DNA of 64,000 nt, from contig CBDBCF010000001.1 in the NCBI GenBank assembly GCA_965202985.1, positions 704,001 through 768,000 of the forward strand, written 5' to 3'. The position numbers and the translations under genes are program-made. The notes below the pieces were generated by a model. That model was not told the origin of the DNA and searched no databases. It saw only the letters and a program-made list of their open reading frames with translations. Source of the stretch: Longimicrobiales bacterium (GTDB lineage: Bacteria; Gemmatimonadota; Gemmatimonadetes; Longimicrobiales; Gaopeijiaceae). This document shows, piece after piece, positions 23,610 through 32,994 of this stretch; position 1 is the stretch's first letter; each line of letters opens with the position of its first letter.

Positions 23610-24403
23610 CACGGGCCTCTCGTCCTGGGGCTGAAGGTGAACTGCACCGGCAAGAACGCCCAGGGATAGTCCTCGGGCAGGGGACCCAGACGGCCCGCCT
23701 TGCCGGCGCACTCGGCCGCGCCTTGAGCGTCCAGGTCGAAGGCGAAGCTTCCCGACGACCGCTCGACGTCGATCTCCGACGTGCTTCCGTCCCTCGCGAT
23801 CTTGAAAGTCACGACCGCCTCCAGGCGGCTTCCCCGGCTGCGGCCACGGAAGCAGCGCTCCATCTGCACGATGATGTTGTCGTAGTACTCGGGGTAGTCG
23901 CGGCGAAGGCCCTCCATGCGGGCGGCCACGTCGCGCCCGTCGTCTTCGGCGTTCTCGGCGTCCTCCGTCGGGGCGGCTTGGGCGTCCCGGGGCTCATCGG
24001 CCGGGGGCGTGTCGGGCGGCGCGGGCGGCGGCGATTCCTCTTCGGGGGGCGCGACCGGCGGTTCGGGGTCGGGCTCGGGGGGCGGCTCGGGCGGCGATTC
24101 CTCTTCGGGTTCGGGGGGCGAAGGCTTGGGCAGCGCGGGCTCGGGCGCAGGGTCCTCTTCGGGGGGCGCGGGCTCGGGTTCGGGTTGGGGCGTCTCGATG
24201 ACCAGCTCGTCCTCGGGCGCGGGGAGAACCTCTTCGTCGGCGGGCGTCGGAGGCGGCGACGCGAACGAAACCCGCACGATCTCGTAGGCAACGGCCTCTT
24301 GGCGAAGGGCGGGCGCCACCCAGAGCAGGAAGACCAGGACGACGGCGTGGGCCGACGCCGACGCCCAGAAGGATCTGCGGTCCAAGGGCCCGCGACGGCT
24401 CAT
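23609..24403 (-). CDS. tolA: TolA/TonB-family energy transducer
   Basis: N-terminal TM with S-x3-H, Pro/Glu-rich linker, TonB-C-like domain (F.I.RDG...SSG...FD..A); lies between tolR and tolB. Confidence 0.8.
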   Translation of the reverse strand: MSRRGPLDRRSFWASASAHAVVLVFLLWVAPALRQEAVAYEIVRVSFASPPPTPADEEVLPAPEDELVIETPQPEPEPAPPEEDPAPEPALPKPSPPEPEEESPPEPPPEPDPEPPVAPPEEESPPPAPPDTPPADEPRDAQAAPTEDAENAEDDGRDVAARMEGLRRDYPEYYDNIIVQMERCFRGRSRGSRLEAVVTFKIARDGSTSEIDVERSSGSFAFDLDAQGAAECAGKAGRLGPLPEDYPWAFLPVQFTFSPRTRGP

Positions 24404-24816
24404 CGGATGATCTCGCGGCCGATGAGGCTGACGCCGACGCCCGCTTGGGCGGCCACGGCGGCCACGACGTTGAAGACGGGGCCGTAGTACGCCAGGGAAT
24501 CGCCCTTCACGTACACCATCTCGACCTGACGCGCCCGCAACAGCTGTCGAAGGAACGCGGCCACGCTGTCCCGCGCGACGGGCGTCTCGCCGACGAACAC
24601 GGAGGTGTTGCGGTCGACGCTGACGATGAGCATGTCGTCCGTGGCCTCGACGACGCCCACGTCGCCCTCGGGGACGTCCACGTCCACGCCGCCCTGGAGC
24701 ACGGGGGCCGTGATGATGAAGATCACCAGCAGGGTGAAAGCCACGTCCACCAAGCTGGTCACGTTGATCTCGGCCTTGACGGGCAGCACGGAGCGATCCT
24801 TCCGGCGCGAGCTCAC
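24400..24816 (-). CDS. tolR: TolR/ExbD biopolymer transporter
   Basis: EINVTSLVDVAFTLLVIFIITAP; GTG start overlaps the tolQ stop. Confidence 0.9.
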   Translation of the reverse strand: MSSRRKDRSVLPVKAEINVTSLVDVAFTLLVIFIITAPVLQGGVDVDVPEGDVGVVEATDDMLIVSVDRNTSVFVGETPVARDSVAAFLRQLLRARQVEMVYVKGDSLAYYGPVFNVVAAVAAQAGVGVSLIGREIIR

Positions 24817-25541
24817 ACCAATCGCTCCTTGGCCAGGGTCCCGATGAACTCGCTGGCGAAGCCCTCCAGCTCGCCCATGACCAGGTTGAGGCGGGCGGCG
24901 AAGTGGTTGTAGGCGATCACCGACGGGATGGCGACGGCCAAGCCCGCCACCGTGGTGACCAGAGCTTCGGCCACGCCCGGCGCCACGGCCTGGATGTTGG
25001 CGGACCCGGCGCGGTGAATGCCCAGGAAGGTGTTCATCACGCCGATCACGGTGCCCATGAGGCCCAGCAGCGGCGACACCGAGCCGATGATCGCGAGCCA
25101 GTTCAAGCCGTGGGACAGGTCGTCGGCCTCTTCCGCCTCCACCTTGTCCATGACCATGCGCAAGGCTTCCAGCTGGGTCAGCGACAGGCCGGGCGCGCCG
25201 GCGTCGGCGTTGGCGCTGGCCAGGGCGCCGGGGCGCATTTCGTTGACGAAGGCGAGCCCTCCGCGGAAGAGGCGCGTGTAGGGCGACCCCGGCAGCGCCG
25301 AGACGGCGTCGAGCGCGCCCTTCAGGTCCACCGCTTCGTCCATGCGGGCCAAGAAGCGGTCGCCCTGGCGACGCACGCTTCGGAAGTGGCGCGCCTTGGC
25401 GATGATCACCCACAGGGACAAGACGGAGAACACGCCCAGCACGGCCAAGACCGCCAGCGTGGGGCCGCTGGCGTCGCGCACCATGTCCAACATGCCCCGG
25501 GGCGCCCCGGCGGTCGCCTGAACGAACGGCGCCGCCGTCAC
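24813..25541 (-). CDS. tolQ: TolQ/ExbB (MotA family) proton channel
   Basis: LAIIGSVSPLLGLMGTVIGVM...VAPGVAEALVTTVAGLAVAIP. Confidence 0.92.
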   Translation of the reverse strand: MTAAPFVQATAGAPRGMLDMVRDASGPTLAVLAVLGVFSVLSLWVIIAKARHFRSVRRQGDRFLARMDEAVDLKGALDAVSALPGSPYTRLFRGGLAFVNEMRPGALASANADAGAPGLSLTQLEALRMVMDKVEAEEADDLSHGLNWLAIIGSVSPLLGLMGTVIGVMNTFLGIHRAGSANIQAVAPGVAEALVTTVAGLAVAIPSVIAYNHFAARLNLVMGELEGFASEFIGTLAKERLV

Positions 25542-26536
25542 GACGACCGGGCTGCGGGCGCTGGGGTGCCCGGCACCGCGGCGGGACGGTTCGCCTCGAT
25601 GTGCGCGACGGTGCGACGAATGCCTTCGCGAAGGCTGGTGGCGGCGGACCATCCGGCTGCGCGGAACTTCTCCGTGGCCAGCGTGCTGCGCCGGATCTCG
25701 CCGGGGCGGGACGGCAGGTATTGCCGGCCCGTTCGGATGCCGGTCGCGTCCTCCAGGGCCGACGCGATCTGGTTGACGCTGACGGCTTGGCCGCTCCCCA
25801 CGTTGAAGGCCCGCTCGTCCAACCCCGCGGCCTGCGACAGGACCGTCTCGGACGCCGCCATGTTGGCCCGCACCACGTCGTCCACGAACACGTAGTCGCG
25901 GGCCTGCTCGCCGTCTCCGAACACCTGCAGCGGCTCGCCGTCCAGGAGCCGGGCGGCGAAGATCGCCACGACGCCGGCTTCGCCGCGAGGGTCTTGGCGC
26001 GGCCCGTAGATGTTGCCGTACCGGAGAGCCGCGTACTCCAGGCCCCGAACTTGGCGGTAGTAGTCCAGGTAGTATTCGCCCGCCAGCTTAGTGACCCCGT
26101 ACGGAGACATGGGCTGTTTCGGCGCCGTCTCGGGCGTGGGGAAGATGTCCGGTTCTCCGTAGACGACGCCCCCGCTGGACACGAAGACCACGCGTCGTGT
26201 GCCTGCGTCGCACGCCGCCTCGAGGACGTTGGTCAGGCCCAGGACGTTGACGCGGGCGTCCCTGGCCGGGTCGGCGACCGAGACGCGAACGTCGAACTGG
26301 GCCGCGTGGTGGTTGATCAGGGCGAAGCGCTCGCATCGGACGAGCTTCGCCACGTCGGGCTCGGCGATGTCCGCTTCCACGAAGATCGCGCCCTCGGGGA
26401 CGTTCTCGCGCTTGCCCGAGGACAGGTCGTCCACGATCCAGACTTGGTCGCCCCGGGCCAAGTATGCATCGGCGACGTGGCTGCCGATGAAGCCGGCGCC
26501 GCCGGTCACGAGGACTTTGCGCTTCGGGTCGGGCAT
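25538..26536 (-). CDS. galE: NAD-dependent epimerase, UDP-glucose 4-epimerase-like
   Basis: VLVTGGAGFIGSH, YGVTK (YxxxK), RYGNIYGPRQDPRGEAGVVAIF. Confidence 0.8.
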   Translation of the reverse strand: MPDPKRKVLVTGGAGFIGSHVADAYLARGDQVWIVDDLSSGKRENVPEGAIFVEADIAEPDVAKLVRCERFALINHHAAQFDVRVSVADPARDARVNVLGLTNVLEAACDAGTRRVVFVSSGGVVYGEPDIFPTPETAPKQPMSPYGVTKLAGEYYLDYYRQVRGLEYAALRYGNIYGPRQDPRGEAGVVAIFAARLLDGEPLQVFGDGEQARDYVFVDDVVRANMAASETVLSQAAGLDERAFNVGSGQAVSVNQIASALEDATGIRTGRQYLPSRPGEIRRSTLATEKFRAAGWSAATSLREGIRRTVAHIEANRPAAVPGTPAPAARSS

Positions 26537-26562
26537 GTGGGAAAGCTAGCACCCCCGGCGGG

Positions 26563-28143
26563 CTATCGTGCTGCCCGCTCCGCGAGTCGCCGATAGAGCG
26601 GCACGCGAACCAGCCATCCGGCCGCCAAGATCAGTACGCACCAGGACAGGCCCGCGACGCCCACGATCGCCAGCCGGGAAAGTTCGCCCGCTTGAACGGG
26701 GTCCGGCAGGCCGCCGCGCAGCAGAAGCAGAAGCAGGAGCACGCTGGGCAAGACCGTCGCGGCGGAGATTCGGCCCAGCCCCCGGAGCGCCCCGCCGCGC
26801 AGGCGTCCGTTCGGCGCCAGTTCGGGGGGGGCGGCCATCCAAAACGCCCCGGCGACGACCACGTTCATGGCCACCTGGGCAGCCACCAGCCCGAGGTAGG
26901 ACCAAAGCCACACGGCGGGAAGCAGCACCAGCGCCCGAAAGACGTGGCCCGCGGCCTGCACCTTGTTGACCAACCCCGAGTGCCCCATGGCGAATGCGGC
27001 GCTGAAGGCCAGCTGGTTTCGCCCCTGGACTACCACGCCGAACATGAAGACGGCCATGCTGGTCCCCACCGGCCCCAACATGCCGTCGCTGACCAACTCC
27101 CCTCTGCCGAAGAGCAGCGCCGCGAGCCACTGGGACATGAGGACAACGAAGACCGCGACAGGCACTGCCACCGCGGAGAGGGTCTCCTGCCCCGCCCCCA
27201 GCGAGTCGCCCACGGCCGAGTCGCGCCCAGCGCCCTTCCGGTGCGAGAACTCGACCAAGCCGACCGTGGCCGCGGAATCGTTGAAGAGCCGCCCAAGGAG
27301 GCCCTGCGCCAGCCGCCCGTAGTACACGGCCGAGAGCAGCCCCGGCCCCAGGGTGGAGGCGGCGATCCGGTAGATCCACTCTGCCGCCATCACGGCCGTG
27401 TTGCTCCACCCGAATGCGGCCCAGCGACGCCATACCCCGAGTTCGGCTTGGCGCAGGTCGGCCTGGGACCGCGTTCCCTTGGGCGTTTTCGGCAGACGCG
27501 CCCAGAAGACGAGCGCTGCCGTGCCCGCGCCGACGCCCGCCACGCTCGTCCATGCCAGCCCCTCCAGCCCGGCCCGGTCGCCGACCCACGCCAGCCCGAC
27601 CGCGACCGTCGCAACGGGAAGCACCTTGTTGCCCACGGCGGCGCGACCGAAGCGCCTCGACGCATGCAGGGCCACCAGGCTGGTTGCGGCCACGGCCAGC
27701 AACACCAGCTCCGGGACGCGGATGCGGAAGAGCCGGACCGTCAGCCGGCGCTGCGCCTCGTCGTAGCCGGGCGCGAACACGTCCACGATCCAGGGCGCTG
27801 AAACGACGGCGGCCCCCGCAACGGCCAGCGCGGCCCAGAAGGCGCGACGGCGCAACCGGACCAGGAGTTCGCGGCCGGGGCCGGCGCTTCCGCCCATGGC
27901 CAGGTACTCGGGCAACGCGATCGACCTGACGTGGTGGAACATGAGCCCCTTGACCAAGAACCCCACCGCGAGAAGGCTCATGAAGTAGGCGTCGGTCTCG
28001 GGGCCGGCGCCGAAGTAGTTCCCAATCATGGCGTGGACGGCGAAGCCCAGAACGGCGGCGCACGTGGTGGACGCGCCGAGTTTCCCGACGCTCCTCGTCA
28101 CGGAACTCGGGCCGCCGGAGGCCGCCTCCGCCCGCGCGTCCAC
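26563..28143 (-). CDS. MurJ/MOP-superfamily polysaccharide flippase
   Basis: About 12-14 TM segments; YFGAGPETDAYF is typical of the MurJ/MviN N-terminus; lies inside the polysaccharide cluster. Start approximate. Confidence 0.75.
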   Translation of the reverse strand: MDARAEAASGGPSSVTRSVGKLGASTTCAAVLGFAVHAMIGNYFGAGPETDAYFMSLLAVGFLVKGLMFHHVRSIALPEYLAMGGSAGPGRELLVRLRRRAFWAALAVAGAAVVSAPWIVDVFAPGYDEAQRRLTVRLFRIRVPELVLLAVAATSLVALHASRRFGRAAVGNKVLPVATVAVGLAWVGDRAGLEGLAWTSVAGVGAGTAALVFWARLPKTPKGTRSQADLRQAELGVWRRWAAFGWSNTAVMAAEWIYRIAASTLGPGLLSAVYYGRLAQGLLGRLFNDSAATVGLVEFSHRKGAGRDSAVGDSLGAGQETLSAVAVPVAVFVVLMSQWLAALLFGRGELVSDGMLGPVGTSMAVFMFGVVVQGRNQLAFSAAFAMGHSGLVNKVQAAGHVFRALVLLPAVWLWSYLGLVAAQVAMNVVVAGAFWMAAPPELAPNGRLRGGALRGLGRISAATVLPSVLLLLLLLRGGLPDPVQAGELSRLAIVGVAGLSWCVLILAAGWLVRVPLYRRLAERAAR

Positions 28144-28148
28144 GCGGG

Positions 28149-29993
28149 CTACGTCCTCTGGCCGGCCGAGCCCGCCCGAGCGCGACGGCGCAGCCAAGTC
28201 CGGCCGGCCACGATCTCCAGATGGACCACCTCCGCCGTCATCCCTGCCGCCAAGACCGCCTGCAGGTGCCTCTCCACCACGTCGTCCGATCCCCTGGGAA
28301 AGGCCAAGATCACGTGTTCGGCACGGACCAGGCGCGCCAAGGCGGGCAGCTTCGACACGGGCCCCAGGACGCGCACGCCGTGCACCCGGCCCCGGACGGC
28401 CCGGGAGTCCTCGTCCACGAAGCCGATCACGTCGTACTCGCCGTCGCCGCGGGTCGCGAGTTCGCGGTAGGCGGCCAGTACGGCGTCGGCGGCGCCCGCC
28501 ACCACCGTTCGCGTGCCGTGCTTCGCGCCCCGCTTGCGGATCGCCAGCTCGCCCAGGCGTCGCACGCCCAGGCGCGTCCCGGCCAAGAAGAGCATCGTGA
28601 TCAGGCCTTCCAGCGCCACGACGGTTCGCGGGAACGACGGGACCCGAAGCACCGTCACGAGGGCCGCAAACATGAGCGAGCCCAGGACCACGGTCCCGGC
28701 CAGTCTGAAGGTGTCGGGGAAGGAGGCCCGGCTCCAGCGCGTGTCGTAGACGCCCCGCAGAAGCCCCAGCCCCACGCGAAACAGGATCAGGAAGGGGAGG
28801 ACCGTGGCCAAGTTCTCTAGCTGGTCGGCGGGAACGGCGCCGTCAAAGCGCAGATGGAAGGCGGCGTACAGGGACGCGAACACCAGCAGCACGTCGCCCG
28901 ACACGGCGACGATCAGGAGAACCCAGCGGTACCAGGGCGACTGGTCCCAGCCCCGTCGCGACTGTTCAACGCGGAAGTCGCGCATTCGCTCGTCGACGCG
29001 GCCGTCGTGAAGGAAGGCGGCCAAGTAGACGAGAACGACCAGGAACAGGGCCGCGCCGGCCAAGTAGGTCAGCGTGTCCACCGTGATCGCCAGCAGGCCT
29101 AGGGCGCCGGTGGCGACGCACAGCGCGTAGACGGTTCCCAGGGCCCGGGAACGGGAAAGGCCGTGGGCCAGGAGCCGATAGTTGATGTGGTCGGCCTTGC
29201 CTCGGCTGAGCGGGATGCCCTTGAGCTTGCGCGTGACGGTCACGAAGGTGGCGTTGAAGATGGGGATCGCCAGGAGCATGGCCGGCACCAGGATCGTGAG
29301 GCCCACCTGGGTCATTCCCCGCCACGGGTGGTCGCCGATCGCCAAGCCCGCCAGCAGGAACCCCAGGAACATGGAGCCCGAGTCGCCCAGCAGGATCCGG
29401 GCCGGAGGCAGGTTGTGGCGCAGGAACCCCAGGCAGGCGCCGGCCGCGACCCACGCCAAGAAGCCCGTCGCGGGCCGGTCGGTGAGGAAGGCGAAGAAGC
29501 CGATGAACACGGCCGCGGTGGCGGCGACGCCGGGAAGCATCCCGTCCATGTTGTCGATCAGGTTGAACGCGTTGCAGAGCCCTACGAACCACAGCACGGT
29601 CAGCGGAGCGGCGGCCCACTCCAGGCCCGGTCCCAGGGGCGGAAACGCGATCCCCGAGACGACCGCCAGCGACGCCGCGGCGACCTGCAGCAGCACCTTG
29701 GTCCGAGGCGCCATGGGGCGCGCGTCGTCCCAGAGACCGGCGAGGAAGAGGCATGTGGCGGCCAGGACCACATGGGTCAGGGACTTGGCCGGATAGCCCA
29801 GGACCGCCAGGAGCGACAGCGAGGCGAAGACGACGGCCCAGAGGACGATGCCGCCGCCCACGGGAACGGGCTTCGGATGGTTGGGGTCGGCGGCAGACAC
29901 CAACCCGAGCCGGGGGAGGACCCTTGCGGCGGCGTGGGTCAGCAGGTAGCTGGCCAGCCCGGCGCCGGCAGCAAAGAGGGCGGCCTCAACCAC
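28149..29993 (-). CDS. WecA/MraY-family polyprenyl-phosphate HexNAc-1-P transferase fused to a CapD/WbpM-type N-terminal membrane and CoA-binding region
   Basis: GLWDD, NAFNLIDNMDG, LGDSGS, DHINYRL motifs, followed by 4 TMs and VVAGA...VIGFVDED...VHGVRVLG. Confidence 0.8.
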   Translation of the reverse strand: MVEAALFAAGAGLASYLLTHAAARVLPRLGLVSAADPNHPKPVPVGGGIVLWAVVFASLSLLAVLGYPAKSLTHVVLAATCLFLAGLWDDARPMAPRTKVLLQVAAASLAVVSGIAFPPLGPGLEWAAAPLTVLWFVGLCNAFNLIDNMDGMLPGVAATAAVFIGFFAFLTDRPATGFLAWVAAGACLGFLRHNLPPARILLGDSGSMFLGFLLAGLAIGDHPWRGMTQVGLTILVPAMLLAIPIFNATFVTVTRKLKGIPLSRGKADHINYRLLAHGLSRSRALGTVYALCVATGALGLLAITVDTLTYLAGAALFLVVLVYLAAFLHDGRVDERMRDFRVEQSRRGWDQSPWYRWVLLIVAVSGDVLLVFASLYAAFHLRFDGAVPADQLENLATVLPFLILFRVGLGLLRGVYDTRWSRASFPDTFRLAGTVVLGSLMFAALVTVLRVPSFPRTVVALEGLITMLFLAGTRLGVRRLGELAIRKRGAKHGTRTVVAGAADAVLAAYRELATRGDGEYDVIGFVDEDSRAVRGRVHGVRVLGPVSKLPALARLVRAEHVILAFPRGSDDVVERHLQAVLAAGMTAEVVHLEIVAGRTWLRRRARAGSAGQRT

Positions 29994-31038
29994 GGGTTGC
30001 GACTGCCGATTGCCGCTGGGCCTCTTGCTCCTCGTACCACTCGGCTGTGGCCAGAATGGCGTCGTCCAGCTCCACGCGGGGATGGAACCCCAGCAGCCGG
30101 GCCGCCTTGTGCAGTCGGGGAACCCGCACGTCGATGTCCGAGAAGTCGATCTTCCTGAACACGATCTCCGACTTGGAGCCCAGCAGGGCGGCCACGCGTC
30201 GGGCCAGGTCGTAGATCGTCAGCGTGTTCCGCGAGTTCCCGACGTTGAAGGTTTCGCCCACGGCGGCGGGCAACGCCAGGGCGCGGAGCACGGCGTCCAC
30301 GAAGTCTTCGATGTAGCACCAGGACCGGATCTGCGTTCCGTCGCCGTGCACTTCCAGCGGTTCGCCCCGTCGCGCGGCGGCGATGAAGCGGAGCATGGCA
30401 TGGTCGCCCAGCCGAAGGCGCCCGAAGACGTTGAACGGGCGGATCGTGACCGTGGGCAATGCCTTCTCCCGCCGGTAGCAGTGGACCAAGTGCTCGCCCG
30501 CCAGCTTGGCGATGGAGTACGTCCAGCGCGCCTCGCCCACGGGCCCGATGGTGGACGGCGACTCCTCGCTGGTCCGGAACGCGTTCATGCCCGCGACCTC
30601 CGAGGTCGAGAAGTACACGAAGCGATGCACGTCGTCGCGGCCGTCCAGGGCGCGGAGCAGGTTGCGCGTGCCCGTGAAGTTGGTCTCGATCGTCTCGCGG
30701 CCGCGGGAACGCACGTTGTCGACGCCCACCACGGCGGCCAAGTGCACGATCGTGTCGTGCCCAGCGGCCACCCGCGCCAAGCGCTCTTCGTCGAGGACGG
30801 ACCCCCGGGCCAAGCGCAGGTTCTCGTGACCCCATGCGCGGCTCAGGGCGATGCTGTTGCCCTCGAAGCGCCGGTCGAAGACGGTGACCCGATTGTGCTC
30901 CACCAGCTGTTCCGCCAGCGCCGACCCGATGAAGCCGCCGCCGCCGGTGACGAGCACGCGGTGGCCGGCAAGGCAGGCGGGATCGAAGGAGGCCGCCGGG
31001 GCGGGCGGCGGCGCGGTGCGGGAGGTTGCGTCGGTCAT
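29986..31038 (-). CDS. NAD-dependent nucleotide-sugar epimerase/dehydratase
   Basis: VTGGGGFIG, STSEV, YSIAK, RPFNVFG, GTQIRSWCYIEDFV. Confidence 0.85.
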   Translation of the reverse strand: MTDATSRTAPPPAPAASFDPACLAGHRVLVTGGGGFIGSALAEQLVEHNRVTVFDRRFEGNSIALSRAWGHENLRLARGSVLDEERLARVAAGHDTIVHLAAVVGVDNVRSRGRETIETNFTGTRNLLRALDGRDDVHRFVYFSTSEVAGMNAFRTSEESPSTIGPVGEARWTYSIAKLAGEHLVHCYRREKALPTVTIRPFNVFGRLRLGDHAMLRFIAAARRGEPLEVHGDGTQIRSWCYIEDFVDAVLRALALPAAVGETFNVGNSRNTLTIYDLARRVAALLGSKSEIVFRKIDFSDIDVRVPRLHKAARLLGFHPRVELDDAILATAEWYEEQEAQRQSAVATRG

Positions 31039-31114
31039 GGCTGGACAGGGAAACATATGATTATGTCACGACAAGGGCCGTCGGGCCAGCCGACTCTTCG
31101 TCGGCCGGCACGCT

Positions 31115-31855
31115 TCACAACGGCCTGGCCGGGACGCCGCCGACCTTCGCGCCGGGCTGCACGTCTTGGACCACGGAGGCGCCCGCCCCGACCACTGCGC
31201 CGGCCCCGATGCGGCGTCCGGGCGCCACCACCGCGCCGGTGCCCAGGAACGCACCGGCCTCGACGATCACCCGTCCGGCCAAGTGCACGCCGGGGCAGAT
31301 CACCGCGTCGTCGCCGATGCGCGCGTGATGCGCCACGGTCGAGCCCGGGTTCACCACAACGTTCCGTCCCAGCCGCGCGTCCACGGTGAACGACGTGGCG
31401 GCCATGACCACGCACCCTTCGCCGAAGACGACCGAGCGAGCCATGGCCGCGCCCGGATGGATCCAAGTCGCCAGCCCCAGGTCCATCGCTTCCAGTCTTT
31501 GACGCAGGGCCGCCCGGACGGCGGGGTCGCCCACTGCGATCAGGGCCGCGAACTTGCCCCCCCTGCCCCGCAGCCACTCCACCGGCCCCAGCACGGGAAG
31601 GCCGCCCACCGAGGCGCCCGCTCGGCCCGGGGCGTCGTCCACGTACCCCGCCACCGCGGGCGGCGCCAACCTGTCGGGCCAAGCCGACAGGGCCTCGTGC
31701 ACGGCCAGAACCTCGGCGCCCAGGTCGCCGGCGCCAACCAGCACGACCGGGAGTCCGGCTGTCGCGGCAACGCTGGCATCGATCGGCGCGGCGGGCTCAA
31801 CGGGCGCTCCGGTCGGGATCCAAGTTGCGGGGGTCTTGCCGGGTGTTTCGGTCAC
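31115..31855 (-). CDS. NeuD/PglD-family sugar acetyltransferase
   Basis: N-terminal GAG Rossmann-like part, IAVGD..R, hexapeptide repeats, C-terminal GVPAR. Confidence 0.85.
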   Translation of the reverse strand: MTETPGKTPATWIPTGAPVEPAAPIDASVAATAGLPVVLVGAGDLGAEVLAVHEALSAWPDRLAPPAVAGYVDDAPGRAGASVGGLPVLGPVEWLRGRGGKFAALIAVGDPAVRAALRQRLEAMDLGLATWIHPGAAMARSVVFGEGCVVMAATSFTVDARLGRNVVVNPGSTVAHHARIGDDAVICPGVHLAGRVIVEAGAFLGTGAVVAPGRRIGAGAVVGAGASVVQDVQPGAKVGGVPARPL

Positions 31856-32994
31856 GACAGTTCCCCCGCGCTCGCGGCGCAGGCCCGGCGATACAGGCGC
31901 AAGCGCTCCTTCCAGTCGGGGAAGCAGCGGATGCGTTCGAAGCCGGCCCGTCGCAGGGCCGCCCGGCGGGCGGGATCGCAAAGCACGCGCGCCAGGGCGC
32001 GCGCGCAGTCCCGTCCGTCAAAGGGGTCGGCGTACTCGGCCGCGGCGCCGCAGACGTCGCGGGCAAAGTCCATGCGACTGGTCACCAGGGGCACGCCAAA
32101 CTGCATGGCCTCCACGTAGGACGCCGAGAACGACTCCAAGACGGACGGCAAGAACACGGCGTCGGCGTCGCGGTACAGCGGCCCAAGCGCGGCGTGCGGG
32201 ACCCAGCCCAGCCGTTCGATCGGCACGCGCTCGCCCCAACGTGCCAGCGTCGCACGAAACTCCTCCAGCCACGGCCCGTCGTCGGAGGAGGAGATCGTCA
32301 TGACGAAGCGTCCGTCGCCGATGCCCATCTCGGCCAAGCGGGCACCCGTCTCCGGCAGCACCGCCCAGTTCTTGCTCGGCTTCGGGTCGCCGATGACCAG
32401 GACCTTCCAAGGACGGCGCGCCTGCGGCCGGGAAGGTGCGGGGGCTTCGCCGGACAGGAACGCGGACGGCCCGTTGGGGACGATCGCGAATCGCGCCGGG
32501 TCGATCTTCCACCGCGCCGCCAAGCGAGTCTTCATGGCTCGGGTCTGGACGCACACGCGCCCGGCTCGGCGGACGGCCAACCGGGCGTAGCGCTCGCGCG
32601 CCTTGAACACGAAGCGCTGCGAATGCGACAGGCGCTTCCACAGGATCGACTTGGGGTAGGCGGCGGTGGCGTCGTGCCAGCCCACGACCGTCGGCACGGG
32701 CGCTCGGACGGGGCCTGCTCCCATCGGCGTGAAGACCACGTCTGCGTTCCACCGACGCGCAAGTTGGGGAATGGCGTAGTTGTCGACCCACAACCGCTCC
32801 GGCAGTCTGCCGGGCTCCATGACCTCGATCTGCTGCCATGGACTGGTGGTGGAGTCCTCGGAGCCGGCTCCGGGTCGAGAAACGCAGAGCCATTCGTCGC
32901 CGTCGCCCCATTCCGCCACGGCACGCCAAATGTTGGCGGCGTTCTGCGACGCCCCGCCAGTGGACGCGGGCAACAAGTTGACGAGGATTCTCAC
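31852..32994 (-). CDS. glycosyltransferase family 4 (GT-B)
   Basis: KPSKN, FLPSVLESFSASYVEAMQFGVPLVTS (ExF...E motif). Confidence 0.88.
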   Translation of the reverse strand: MRILVNLLPASTGGASQNAANIWRAVAEWGDGDEWLCVSRPGAGSEDSTTSPWQQIEVMEPGRLPERLWVDNYAIPQLARRWNADVVFTPMGAGPVRAPVPTVVGWHDATAAYPKSILWKRLSHSQRFVFKARERYARLAVRRAGRVCVQTRAMKTRLAARWKIDPARFAIVPNGPSAFLSGEAPAPSRPQARRPWKVLVIGDPKPSKNWAVLPETGARLAEMGIGDGRFVMTISSSDDGPWLEEFRATLARWGERVPIERLGWVPHAALGPLYRDADAVFLPSVLESFSASYVEAMQFGVPLVTSRMDFARDVCGAAAEYADPFDGRDCARALARVLCDPARRAALRRAGFERIRCFPDWKERLRLYRRACAASAGELS

